Shown here piece by piece: positions 1 through 8,086 of a stretch of DNA of 64,000 nt; position 1 is the first letter of the stretch, and each line of letters starts with the position of its first letter. The notes beneath the pieces are model-generated. The model was not told the DNA's origin. It worked only from the letters and a program-made list of their open reading frames with translations, and did not search any database. A program made the translations under genes and the position numbers. The stretch covers positions 6,818 to 70,817 of the forward strand of contig JAFSPU010000010.1 of assembly GCA_017451265.1 (NCBI GenBank), in the 5' to 3' direction. The stretch comes from Clostridiales bacterium. GTDB lineage: Bacteria > Bacillota > Clostridia > Saccharofermentanales > Saccharofermentanaceae.

Positions 1-560
1 TGCGCGACTCCGTTGTAGTCCTCGCCTAAAGCCTTACGCGCCTCGACCATGCCGGCATACGCCCACATCAGGGTGTCGCTGTAGTCCTCGTAAGGTCGCA
101 CCTCTTCGCTGTACAGGTGCATCTGGCGGCGCACGCTTGTCCTGTTGTAATTAAGTCCCAGCATCAGCTCAAACACCAGCGCACCGATGATGCCGATGAT
201 CAGCACCGCGCGCAGCACCAGGTAGATGAAGTGGAACATGTGGCGCAGGCTCCTGTTATGGCACAGGCTCACGCACTTGATAAGGAACATGAAGCCGAGC
301 ACCAGCACGCTCACGGAACCCACCACCACGAACATCTCCGTAAGCGATGTCATGAACATCCCGCTGATCGAGATGGGGAGCATGGAGATGATGGGGAATA
401 ACTTCTCACTGTAGTAGTTGGCGGCCTCGCCCTTCACGAGCGCAGACGGCAGGAAATATGCAACAGGAACAAGCGCAAGCAGTACGGCGAGCAGCACGCA
501 CCTTAAGGCAATGCGCCCCTTCGTAAACTTAACTGTTTCGTTCTTAAGCTGATAACGCAC
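1..560 (-). CDS. DUF3810-family membrane protein (partial, runs off left edge; absent from ORF track)
   Basis: GTG at 560, 1 nt after the upstream stop. Reads VRYQLKNE..., hydrophobic segments, YYSEKLFP and GLNYNRTS motifs typical of DUF3810; no stop noticed in the parts translated. Confidence 0.7.
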   Translation of the reverse strand, partial: MRYQLKNETVKFTKGRIALRCVLLAVLLALVPVAYFLPSALVKGEAANYYSEKLFPIISMLPISISGMFMTSLTEMFVVVGSVSVLVLGFMFLIKCVSLCHNRSLRHMFHFIYLVLRAVLIIGIIGALVFELMLGLNYNRTSVRRQMHLYSEEVRPYEDYSDTLMWAYAGMVEARKALGEDYNGVA

Positions 561-561
561 T

Positions 562-1335
562 TCAGACTCTTCCCGTTAGCTTGAAAATCAGGTAAAGCAC
601 GCCGTAGATCACGGGCTGGTGTACAAGGTAGATGATAAGCGAGTGCCTGCCCATAAACTCGAGCGGCCTCGTGACGGCTCGGACAGTCTTCCCCGCCCCG
701 CCGAAAAGTGTCTTCTTCTCTTTATACAGGACGCGGCCAGCAGCAGCGCCGATGAGGAACACGCCCATCCAGGGAATGAGCGGCATGTAGTCGGCCACGT
801 CAGGCTGTCCCTGTACCATGATGCCGAGGGGGTACAGAAGCATGTTGTCGGACTCGTATGCGTACATATCAAGGTTGTTGCTAGTCATGCAGACCCACAG
901 GCCGAACAGGATCAGGATGAATGTCAGCTGATTGGGCTTGATTTTCGTTATCTTCTCTATCAGCGCGATGAGCGCATATACAAGCGTGGAAACCGAGAGC
1001 ATGTGGAGTACATTAAATAGAATCAGGCAATTGATGCCAATCTTAAAAGTGATGAAGCTTGTAACTGCCGTGAAGGCCAAAGCCACGAGGAGCAGCTTGC
1101 CGCCGCGCTTGAAGTTGTTTCTTGAGAACGTGCAGCAGATGCCGGACAGGCCTACGAACAGCACGATTATGATCGGGTGCACGAAGGACCAGAACCAGGC
1201 GCTTCTTAAGTATGCGAATGTGTTGAAGCCGAACTCGTAACGGATATCGTACGAGAAGTGCATGAACATCATCATGACGATGGCGACGCCGCGGAGGGCA
1301 TCAAGCTCGAAGGCTCTCTGTTTCTTGTCAGCCAT
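562..1335 (-). CDS. DUF1624 / heparan-alpha-glucosaminide N-acetyltransferase-like membrane protein
   Basis: ELDALRGVAIVMM, DYMPLIPW and GRHSLIIYLVHQP motifs; multiple TM segments. Confidence 0.85.
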   Translation of the reverse strand: MADKKQRAFELDALRGVAIVMMMFMHFSYDIRYEFGFNTFAYLRSAWFWSFVHPIIIVLFVGLSGICCTFSRNNFKRGGKLLLVALAFTAVTSFITFKIGINCLILFNVLHMLSVSTLVYALIALIEKITKIKPNQLTFILILFGLWVCMTSNNLDMYAYESDNMLLYPLGIMVQGQPDVADYMPLIPWMGVFLIGAAAGRVLYKEKKTLFGGAGKTVRAVTRPLEFMGRHSLIIYLVHQPVIYGVLYLIFKLTGRV

Positions 1336-2156
1336 TATTTCCTTCCCCCTGCAAGGCAGGCGCCGATGGCAGTCGCATAGACCGCATCCTCAGGAATTAT
1401 GAAATTGGCTTCATAAAGGTTACGGAACATCTCGAAGGTCTTCTCGCACTGATCGAACATAGTGAGCTGACCCGTGAAGACAACGTCCTTGATACTGACA
1501 GTTCTTGATGAAAGGACCGCCATGGTACCGATGGACTGATATACGAGATTGAAGATGCCACAGATCTTATCGGGATTGGTAAGATCATCAGCGGCCTTAC
1601 CGAAGTTGGACGCAGTAACGTCCTTGGCAAGTCCGGGGATTTCCGCCTTGGAGATATCACCGATGTTAAGGTCTACCCTGTTGATGTCTCCCTGGTGCGC
1701 GAGCTCGGAGAGCTTTTCGGGGTCGTCCATGCCGATCATGGAATTAGAAAGTCCGACGAGCGAACCGCCGCCTACACCGGAACCGATGATATGAGATACA
1801 TTCGGATACTCAGCCTTAAGATAAGCCGTACCGGTACCCATACTTACGACGACAGCCCTATCGAGTTTTGCAAGGTAAAGACCGCCCAGACCTGTAGAGA
1901 TAAACTCTTCTACCACGATGGTATCGATGCCGAGCATAGGCGTAGCAGTAAAGCCCGATCCGACGCCCGTGATATTGATCCTGTCGATATCAGAAACCGA
2001 GATACCAAGATCATTAATGAGCTTGCCTAAAGCACCATATGCCGAAGTTACCGGATCACCCGCCTTGGTGACCGACTTATAAACGATATTCTCAGCGTCC
2101 ATCCCGACGATTTTCGTCGTACTTCCGCCTACATCAAGACCAACTATAATCCCCAT
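1335..2156 (-). CDS. coaW: Type II pantothenate kinase (ASKHA fold)
   Basis: GLDVGGSTTK, TGVG, SMGTGT, GSGVGGG, ASNFGK and AIGA motifs. Confidence 0.8.
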   Translation of the reverse strand: MGIIVGLDVGGSTTKIVGMDAENIVYKSVTKAGDPVTSAYGALGKLINDLGISVSDIDRINITGVGSGFTATPMLGIDTIVVEEFISTGLGGLYLAKLDRAVVVSMGTGTAYLKAEYPNVSHIIGSGVGGGSLVGLSNSMIGMDDPEKLSELAHQGDINRVDLNIGDISKAEIPGLAKDVTASNFGKAADDLTNPDKICGIFNLVYQSIGTMAVLSSRTVSIKDVVFTGQLTMFDQCEKTFEMFRNLYEANFIIPEDAVYATAIGACLAGGRK

Positions 2157-2188
2157 ATTTATACCTCTCTAGCACAGAGATTTTACAA

Positions 2189-2222
2189 CAAAAAGAGGCC
2201 CGGTTTCCACCGGGCCTCTTAA
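2189..2222 (-). terminator. Intrinsic terminator after the minor pilin cluster
   Basis: Minus strand AAGAGGCCCGGT-GGAA-ACCGGGCCTCTT followed by a T-run. Confidence 0.85.
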
Positions 2223-2235
2223 GAACATAAACAGA

Positions 2236-3519
2236 TTAATTAAAAGTAAATCCAAAATTAGTTTGTAGCCATGTACGCTGTGCATCAGTAAGAGTATATG
2301 AAAGCTGATTCCAGTTATGGCCCGGGAATGTTGAATCACCACCATTTATAATCCACTGCATACTATTGCCAAAAGTCATAACTCCATCATCAGTAATACT
2401 GAAACTTAAATAATTACTACCATCAACTGTTGCTCTTATGGTTGTAGTTCCATCCATATACGAAGCACTTTCAACTCGATGACCGCCAGAAGTAGAAGGA
2501 GTATAAGATATAGATCCAACACTTGTAGGTCCAGTTGCAGGTGTGGGTGTAGGTGTAGCTGTAGGTACAGGTGTGGGATTAGTTACAGTTGAACCTTCAT
2601 CACCAGTTGTAGTTCCTTCATCGCCCGTTGTAGTTCCTTCATCACCAGTTGTAGTTCCTTCGTCACCCGTAGTTCCACCGGTGGTTGTATCACCTCCAGT
2701 AGTTCCGCCAGGTGTTGTAACAACCGCTATTGTAATGGTTGAGGAAGTTCCAGGAATTCCGTTATTAGGATTTGTTACAGCCGATGACTCTTCAACTTCA
2801 TATCCACCGCTACTGGTACTAGAGATACGAGTATAGATCTGTCTTCCGTCAATTTTGGTCGTCATATCATCTGTTACGAATAATCCGCCGACATCATGTC
2901 CGTTGGGGGCACAATTAACAGAATACCCGAGATGACCTGCAGAGTAATTGTAGTCCCATCCATAACTACCTGTTGAAGAATCATAAATATCACCAACACC
3001 GATAGTATGAGAAACATACTCAGCATAATTAGGAATCCAAAAACTTCCCTCATATACATAATGCAGATAACCGGGCTGAATATAGTTATCCAGGAAGAAA
3101 AACTTATATCTGAATTCACCTGTGGACTCATCAAAACTGCATATCATTCTGATAACCCACTTATCAATTGTACCAACAGATCCATCAGGCAACGTAGCTG
3201 TTACTTGATTAAAGTTTGAAATTGAAGAAAAATCAATCTTACAAGCCGTATTGGTATTCTGCAATATAGAATGATCACCAATCTTGATAGTATCTGCAGC
3301 CTTATTCTGTACATCATACAGAACAGTATTCTCAAGAGCTTCAGAATACATTGCAGCGATATCTGCACAATCGTTATCGTTATAAGTTCTATAGTAAGAT
3401 GCTCTGATAGTAGCGATCAATGTTACGAACAAACCGCTGATCAACAATGTGATCGCGATAGCGAGCATCATTTCTACTAAAGTAAAGCCGCGCTTATTAT
3501 TTCTTCTCACTTTATACAC
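2236..3519 (-). CDS. Large minor type IV pilin (PilW/GspJ-like) with Thr/Gly repeat, Pro-Thr linker and extra C-terminal domain
   Basis: Class III signal KRG|FTLVEMMLAIAI; GDEGTTT repeats; PTPVPTATPTPTP linker. Confidence 0.85.
   Translation of the reverse strand: MYKVRRNNKRGFTLVEMMLAIAITLLISGLFVTLIATIRASYYRTYNDNDCADIAAMYSEALENTVLYDVQNKAADTIKIGDHSILQNTNTACKIDFSSISNFNQVTATLPDGSVGTIDKWVIRMICSFDESTGEFRYKFFFLDNYIQPGYLHYVYEGSFWIPNYAEYVSHTIGVGDIYDSSTGSYGWDYNYSAGHLGYSVNCAPNGHDVGGLFVTDDMTTKIDGRQIYTRISSTSSGGYEVEESSAVTNPNNGIPGTSSTITIAVVTTPGGTTGGDTTTGGTTGDEGTTTGDEGTTTGDEGTTTGDEGSTVTNPTPVPTATPTPTPATGPTSVGSISYTPSTSGGHRVESASYMDGTTTIRATVDGSNYLSFSITDDGVMTFGNSMQWIINGGDSTFPGHNWNQLSYTLTDAQRTWLQTNFGFTFN
2594..2676. 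repeat. 21-bp in-frame tandem repeat (~4 copies, GDEGTTT)
   Basis: CCTTCATCACCAGTTGTAGTT unit at 2594, 2615 (variant), 2636, and partial at 2657. Confidence 0.9.
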
Positions 3520-3530
3520 CTCCCCTTATA

Positions 3531-4202
3531 TTATGTAACAGCAATAAAGCCGGTATATGGTGAAGTTCTATACGCGCATGCATTTTCTCCGGTATGTAAT
3601 GCATTGAAGCAGTACCAACCGTAGCGACCATATGCAACAACACGACCACGATTATCATAGACTGGTTCTGTATAATTACCATGAGATTCTGATGGTTTCG
3701 CAGGATCAAGGGTGAAACCCCACCTAATAATATGATCATCTGAGCAATGAATATAGTCACCGAAATCATAGAAGAAAGCATATCTATTATTGGCAACACT
3801 TCCGTTATCGATATCATCGCCACCAACATTGTATGTCATGCCGGCATCAGAATTCGTATAAGCATTGATATCAACTATGAGACCCAAGTCTCTCTTCGCA
3901 TCAAAAGTGACAGGAGATCCACTTTCGACTTTGGGAGTTAAAATACCGTAAGTATTATCCGTCATACTGGTGATGTCTGCTATCTGATTAGATGCAGTAG
4001 CATGTCCAACCAAAGCCTGATTTATTGCCAACCTATAATTATAGTCACCAGATTTAGCAAAGCTCCTGTTGTTGGCACCTAGTACCATAACAGCGATAAA
4101 TCCCTGCATAATCATGGTAGAAGCAATAACCAGAATAACAGTAGCGAGCAAAACTTCCAACAATGTGAAACCGGATTTGGATTTTCCTCTCAACTTCTTC
4201 AT
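3531..4202 (-). CDS. Minor type IV pilin (PilV/GspI-like)
   Basis: KSG|FTLLEVLLATVIL prepilin motif; SD GGGAG. Confidence 0.85.
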   Translation of the reverse strand: MKKLRGKSKSGFTLLEVLLATVILVIASTMIMQGFIAVMVLGANNRSFAKSGDYNYRLAINQALVGHATASNQIADITSMTDNTYGILTPKVESGSPVTFDAKRDLGLIVDINAYTNSDAGMTYNVGGDDIDNGSVANNRYAFFYDFGDYIHCSDDHIIRWGFTLDPAKPSESHGNYTEPVYDNRGRVVAYGRYGWYCFNALHTGENACAYRTSPYTGFIAVT

Positions 4203-4246
4203 AACAATCTCCCTTTAAATTAGTAGATCAATTATAATCAAAATCA

Positions 4247-4534
4247 TCAAGAGCCAGCGACGGCAGACGGAACGGCTGAAGAAACTCCATTATGAACATG
4301 GACATTAGTACCTGTATTACCGAACCCCAGATTATTCATTTGCTCTTCACTGGACGCGATATTAACCAATACTGATCTTCGGCCTGCAGCAGCCTCGTTT
4401 GATCTTGCTCTGGCGTTATTTATATATGTGCTTACACTCATTGTAAGAACTGCTGCTAATATAACAATTATCGCAACAACCAAGATCATTTCTGCTAACG
4501 CAAAACCTTTTCTGGATTTAATAATTCTATTCAT
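4247..4534 (-). CDS. Short type IV pilin (85 aa mature)
   Basis: RKG|FALAEMILVVAIIVILAAVL; helix alpha1 nearly identical to that of 4704-4910. Confidence 0.85.
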   Translation of the reverse strand: MNRIIKSRKGFALAEMILVVAIIVILAAVLTMSVSTYINNARARSNEAAAGRRSVLVNIASSEEQMNNLGFGNTGTNVHVHNGVSSAVPSAVAGS

Positions 4535-4581
4535 AATACCCTCAAATCATAGAAATCCAATATGCCTATACTAATACTTCT

Positions 4582-4609
4582 ATTATACATGCTGAATCTG
4601 CAAATTCAA
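4582..4609 (-). promoter_or_regulatory. Putative sigmaA promoter for the minor pilin cluster
   Basis: TTGAAT-16nt-TATAAT downstream of the major pilin terminator. Confidence 0.5.
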
Positions 4610-4653
4610 TAATAAATTCACATTCTGTTCAATTTTTAGATATGTCAAAATAT

Positions 4654-4683
4654 AAAAAAGGGGGACGGTAAACCGTCCCCCTT
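4654..4683 (-). terminator. Intrinsic terminator directly after the short major pilin
   Basis: AAGGGGGACGG-TTTA-CCGTCCCCCTT followed by a T-run. Confidence 0.9.
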
Positions 4684-4703
4684 CTACACTTCTATAAACT
4701 AGA

Positions 4704-4910
4704 TTATGTAGCAGATCCGTTATCAATTGCTGCGTTAACTTCGTCAACAGCAGAATTGTGAGCAGATACAGATGCAGCTGCGTTACGAGCCTTCTTGAGG
4801 TATCCGCCAACACCCATGATGAGAACAGCAGCAAGGATAACGATGATAGCAATAACGAGTACCATCTCAATAAGTGTAAAACCCTTCTTTGTCTTCTGAA
4901 TCTTCTTCAT
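4704..4910 (-). CDS. pilA: Putative major type IV pilin, very short (58 aa mature)
   Basis: KKG|FTLIEMVLVIAIIVILAAVL; perfect SD AGGAGG; own promoter and terminator. Confidence 0.8.
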   Translation of the reverse strand: MKKIQKTKKGFTLIEMVLVIAIIVILAAVLIMGVGGYLKKARNAAASVSAHNSAVDEVNAAIDNGSAT

Positions 4911-4947
4911 TGTTCTTACCTCCTGTAAGTTTTAAGTTTGTAGCTTT

Positions 4948-4998
4948 AGTATAGCACCTATTCAGAATAATGCAATACCTTTTTCACTTTTTTTTCAC
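4948..4998 (-). promoter_or_regulatory. Strong sigmaA promoter of the short pilin, with extended -10 and UP-like A tracts
   Basis: TTGCAT(4975-4970)-16nt-TATACT(4953-4948) with TG at the extended -10 position; upstream GTGAAAA twice, 11 bp apart. Confidence 0.7.
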
Positions 4999-5029
4999 AA
5001 TTCCTTCGCAATCAATAATTCTTGCGATT

Positions 5030-6010
5030 TTACTCTTCCGGAACCTCATCAGGTACAGGTGTATCGCCAATCTCGAGAGTCTCAGCGAGACCGATTGTCG
5101 TTACAGATGCTTCGAAGATAGCATCTGAGTAATATGTTGAGAACGGTCTATTGCCCTCCTGTGCCTCAGAATCAGACATCAATACGCCGAACCATTCACT
5201 TGCAGGATTGTCGATTACGAACGGTCTGCCTACGAAGCCACCAGCTGTATCAAAGCTTGAATCACCAGCCCATGTAATATAAGGAGCATTCATATTAGGC
5301 TCTGATACTCTGTTATTAAATGTAGCAGAATAGAAATCTATCTCAGCGCTCAAAAGTGTATAACCACCCTCTGCCTGAACTCCGATTTTGTTGATCTTAA
5401 TGCAATCCTCGTTTTCAGCCTCTATCGTAGCAAGTGCATCTAAGAACTCCTGGTATCCTACGATAGAAGCTGAGCCGTGCCAATACATCTCATCGAGATA
5501 AGCATTCCAAGCTTCTTCATCAATTTCACCGTGATCTACAACGGAAGTGCTTCTATTGTACTCAGCAATATTGAATCCGTCAGTTGTGGAGTACTGTACG
5601 ATGATTCTCTTAACTACGAGACGGTCTACAGCAGTTGTTCCGTCAGGAAGTGTTACTGTAGGCATTGATACGTCTTCAGCAGATACAGATACGAGATAAG
5701 GGCATCCTGCATCCTCAAATGTCTTTAGTACATACTGCTCGATTGCCTCGGAAGTGATATAAGGAAGGAATCTTCCTTCTACATCTGAAATATCAAGTTT
5801 CAGCTGATTAATCTGTGCGAGAGCCTCATCGTTCTGTGTCTTAAGGGCCTCATAATAATCAAGCTGAGCCTGAAGCTGTGATCTTGTAGCAACGAGCTCA
5901 TCATGCTTGATTCCAAGGTTCCTGATACCAAAGTAATAGATAAGAAGAACTACTACAACAATGCCGAGGAGCATGAGATAGTATCTTTCACGTTTTCCTA
6001 AATTTCCCAT
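5030..6010 (-). CDS. pilO: PilO-like pilus assembly protein (long, acidic)
   Basis: Follows pilN; N-terminal TM after a KRER motif, then coiled coil. Confidence 0.6.
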   Translation of the reverse strand: MGNLGKRERYYLMLLGIVVVVLLIYYFGIRNLGIKHDELVATRSQLQAQLDYYEALKTQNDEALAQINQLKLDISDVEGRFLPYITSEAIEQYVLKTFEDAGCPYLVSVSAEDVSMPTVTLPDGTTAVDRLVVKRIIVQYSTTDGFNIAEYNRSTSVVDHGEIDEEAWNAYLDEMYWHGSASIVGYQEFLDALATIEAENEDCIKINKIGVQAEGGYTLLSAEIDFYSATFNNRVSEPNMNAPYITWAGDSSFDTAGGFVGRPFVIDNPASEWFGVLMSDSEAQEGNRPFSTYYSDAIFEASVTTIGLAETLEIGDTPVPDEVPEE

Positions 6011-6942
6011 TATTCAATTCCTCCTTCATCTTCTGTAGCTGTCTCAGCTGCTGCAGACTGTGCATAGTACAGAGAGATCTCAACATTCTCATTAGCAAGA
6101 CCTGTGAGAGTACCTGTGGACTGGATGATAGCAATCTCCTGCTCAGACAAAGGAATGTTGTTAATGCTTACTGATGTGAGGCTGTATGTGATTCCGCTTG
6201 CTGTGAATGTGTTAACGCCTGTGAACTCATACTGGGAACCGGCACTTACAACCTGAGAAGTGATACCGCTGATAGCGATGACAGAAGAATCGGTTGTTGC
6301 ATAATGTCCAACAGAAACAACTACATCGGATACGATATTACCAGAGATATTGAAAGCGTAATACACATCGATCGGGTTATCGGGTGTCGTTTCAGCACCT
6401 CTAATCGAATCATCCTCTTCTACTGTAGGAATAACGCTGTTTGTAAATACATCAGATTGATTAAGCATATAAACAATATTAGCCGCATCATAGTAACTGA
6501 ATGTCGTACCTGAAATGGACAGTGTGGTTCCTGTCAGATCATACGATGTTACATAAGCGTCGCTTGGGATTACATCACCGATGAGGTTAGCAAGCTCTGT
6601 CTCAGCTGCGTTTGTCTCATCAACAATTCGTCTCATCTCAGTAAGTGTGTAGTAGTACTGGTTCTTGTCATTAATCTCCTGCTGGAGAGCCTGAGATCTG
6701 AGCTCAAGACCTGCGTACTCATCGCTTGCGAGTGTAGCATTCAGATTGTCGATATCCTTCTGAACTCCGATGTTACGGAAGATATCATAAGCCAAGATAG
6801 CAAGTGAAATACCGATGGCAATGACACCGACAAATACTACAACAGCAAGAACCTGTGTCTGTTTACGGGCTGAAGCTGTAAATTCCTCAAAGAAGTTAAT
6901 ATCACTCTTTGAGTAGCCCTTCTTAGATCCTAACAAAGTCAT
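6010..6942 (-). CDS. pilN: PilN pilus assembly protein
   Basis: DINFF (INLL-like PilM-binding motif), TM, coiled coil, PilN core IPSDAYVTSYDL..LSISG. Confidence 0.8.
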   Translation of the reverse strand: MTLLGSKKGYSKSDINFFEEFTASARKQTQVLAVVVFVGVIAIGISLAILAYDIFRNIGVQKDIDNLNATLASDEYAGLELRSQALQQEINDKNQYYYTLTEMRRIVDETNAAETELANLIGDVIPSDAYVTSYDLTGTTLSISGTTFSYYDAANIVYMLNQSDVFTNSVIPTVEEDDSIRGAETTPDNPIDVYYAFNISGNIVSDVVVSVGHYATTDSSVIAISGITSQVVSAGSQYEFTGVNTFTASGITYSLTSVSINNIPLSEQEIAIIQSTGTLTGLANENVEISLYYAQSAAAETATEDEGGIE

Positions 6943-6960
6943 ATTCCTTTCTCCTCCTTA

Positions 6961-8073
6961 TCAGTCGTTTCTGATCATAGCGCCGCAGCAGTTAACGAAC
7001 TGAGGGAGCATAAAATCTTTAGGACCGTTTACAGTACTAACTGTGTTGAGTGTCTCAACCTGTGTAGACAGCTGGCTGGACAATTCCTTATCAATCTTCT
7101 TATAACCTGAACCGGAACCGTACAGGAAGCATGTGCTGATGCTGTCGATGTGGAACTTCGAGATAGCAAACTGAGCAGTACGTGAAACTGCATCTGTGAG
7201 GCTCTTGAAGTATGCATTAGCTGCACTCTGGAGAGCAGGTGCATCAGCGAGGGACTCGTGCCACAGATCGATCTCGGAAGGATCAACTGAGAGGTCAGAA
7301 TCGCTCTTTGTGATGTTAAGCCTTCTTGCGATAGAGGACTGGTTATCACCACCCTGAAGCTTCTTCATGGACTCAGCTACCTGACGGATGCTGTTGTGAC
7401 CAAACTGAAGTCTTCTTGTGAGGATCGGGAATCCCTTATCAAGAATAGTAACTGTTGTTGTTGTGCTGGAGAGCTCGATGAGGAGGATAGTAGCCTGGGA
7501 AACGTTAACATTTCCGTTAATGATGCTGCCCTCGAAGAGCTTTCTTACTGCGTTCTGGTTTGTATCAAGAGCAACAGGATTCTTCTCCATGTCCTTAAGG
7601 AAGTCTCTGAAAGCTGTGATGGTTTCTGTAGGAGCAGCTGTAGCTCTTACCTTAAGCTTCTTAGCATTGGTCTCAGGATCAACATCCTCACCATAAATGA
7701 TGTAGTCAACTGACATATCCTTACTGTTTGACTGACCCATAAGCTCGTACTTGACCATATCACCGATCTGGTTAGCACCAACCTGAGGAATCTCAAGATC
7801 ACGTGTGTGCATGAAGCTTCCGTCTGTTGTGATAATACAGTTCTTTGCATTGATACCAAGCTTAGCCCAAGCGTGCTTAAGAGCCATGTTGATACCGAAT
7901 GAGTCACCGATCTGACCGTCATTGATGGAATCGAGCTCGAGAGGTACTACTCCAACCTTCTCAATGCTTACAACTCCTGTCTTACTGTTATAGGAACCTA
8001 CAGCAAGCTTCAGGTTTGAACTGGACATGTCCAGTACCATATACTGTGTTCCTTTTACTGTTGATAATGCCAT
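6961..8073 (-). CDS. pilM: PilM actin-like pilus assembly protein
   Basis: VLDMSSSNLK and FLYGSGS motifs; start moved to ATG 8073 (SD AAGGAG). Confidence 0.85.
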   Translation of the reverse strand: MALSTVKGTQYMVLDMSSSNLKLAVGSYNSKTGVVSIEKVGVVPLELDSINDGQIGDSFGINMALKHAWAKLGINAKNCIITTDGSFMHTRDLEIPQVGANQIGDMVKYELMGQSNSKDMSVDYIIYGEDVDPETNAKKLKVRATAAPTETITAFRDFLKDMEKNPVALDTNQNAVRKLFEGSIINGNVNVSQATILLIELSSTTTTVTILDKGFPILTRRLQFGHNSIRQVAESMKKLQGGDNQSSIARRLNITKSDSDLSVDPSEIDLWHESLADAPALQSAANAYFKSLTDAVSRTAQFAISKFHIDSISTCFLYGSGSGYKKIDKELSSQLSTQVETLNTVSTVNGPKDFMLPQFVNCCGAMIRND

Positions 8074-8086
8074 TTTTATTCTCCTT

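Noticed and set aside
2189-2222. Similarity of this hairpin to 15267-15297 as a recombination site or REP
   Set aside because: Adequately explained as ordinary GNRA-loop intrinsic terminators
2594-2676. CRISPR-like or DGR repeat
   Set aside because: Contiguous in-frame coding repeats without spacers; no cas or reverse transcriptase genes
4583-4870. 95-aa alternative-frame ORF as a frameshift extension giving the short pilin a head
   Set aside because: It runs through the terminator hairpin and AT-rich intergenic DNA, with no slippery site or pilin-like features
4704-4910. Electrically conductive e-pilin (Geobacter-like length)
   Set aside because: Only two aromatics (F1, Y27) in 58 aa, far fewer than Geobacter PilA; no cytochromes in the window
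4988-4995. Phase-variable homopolymer (T8) near the pilin promoter; A8 at about 38914
   Set aside because: Short tracts in AT-rich context; the first lies outside the -10/-35 spacer and the second leaves the frame intact
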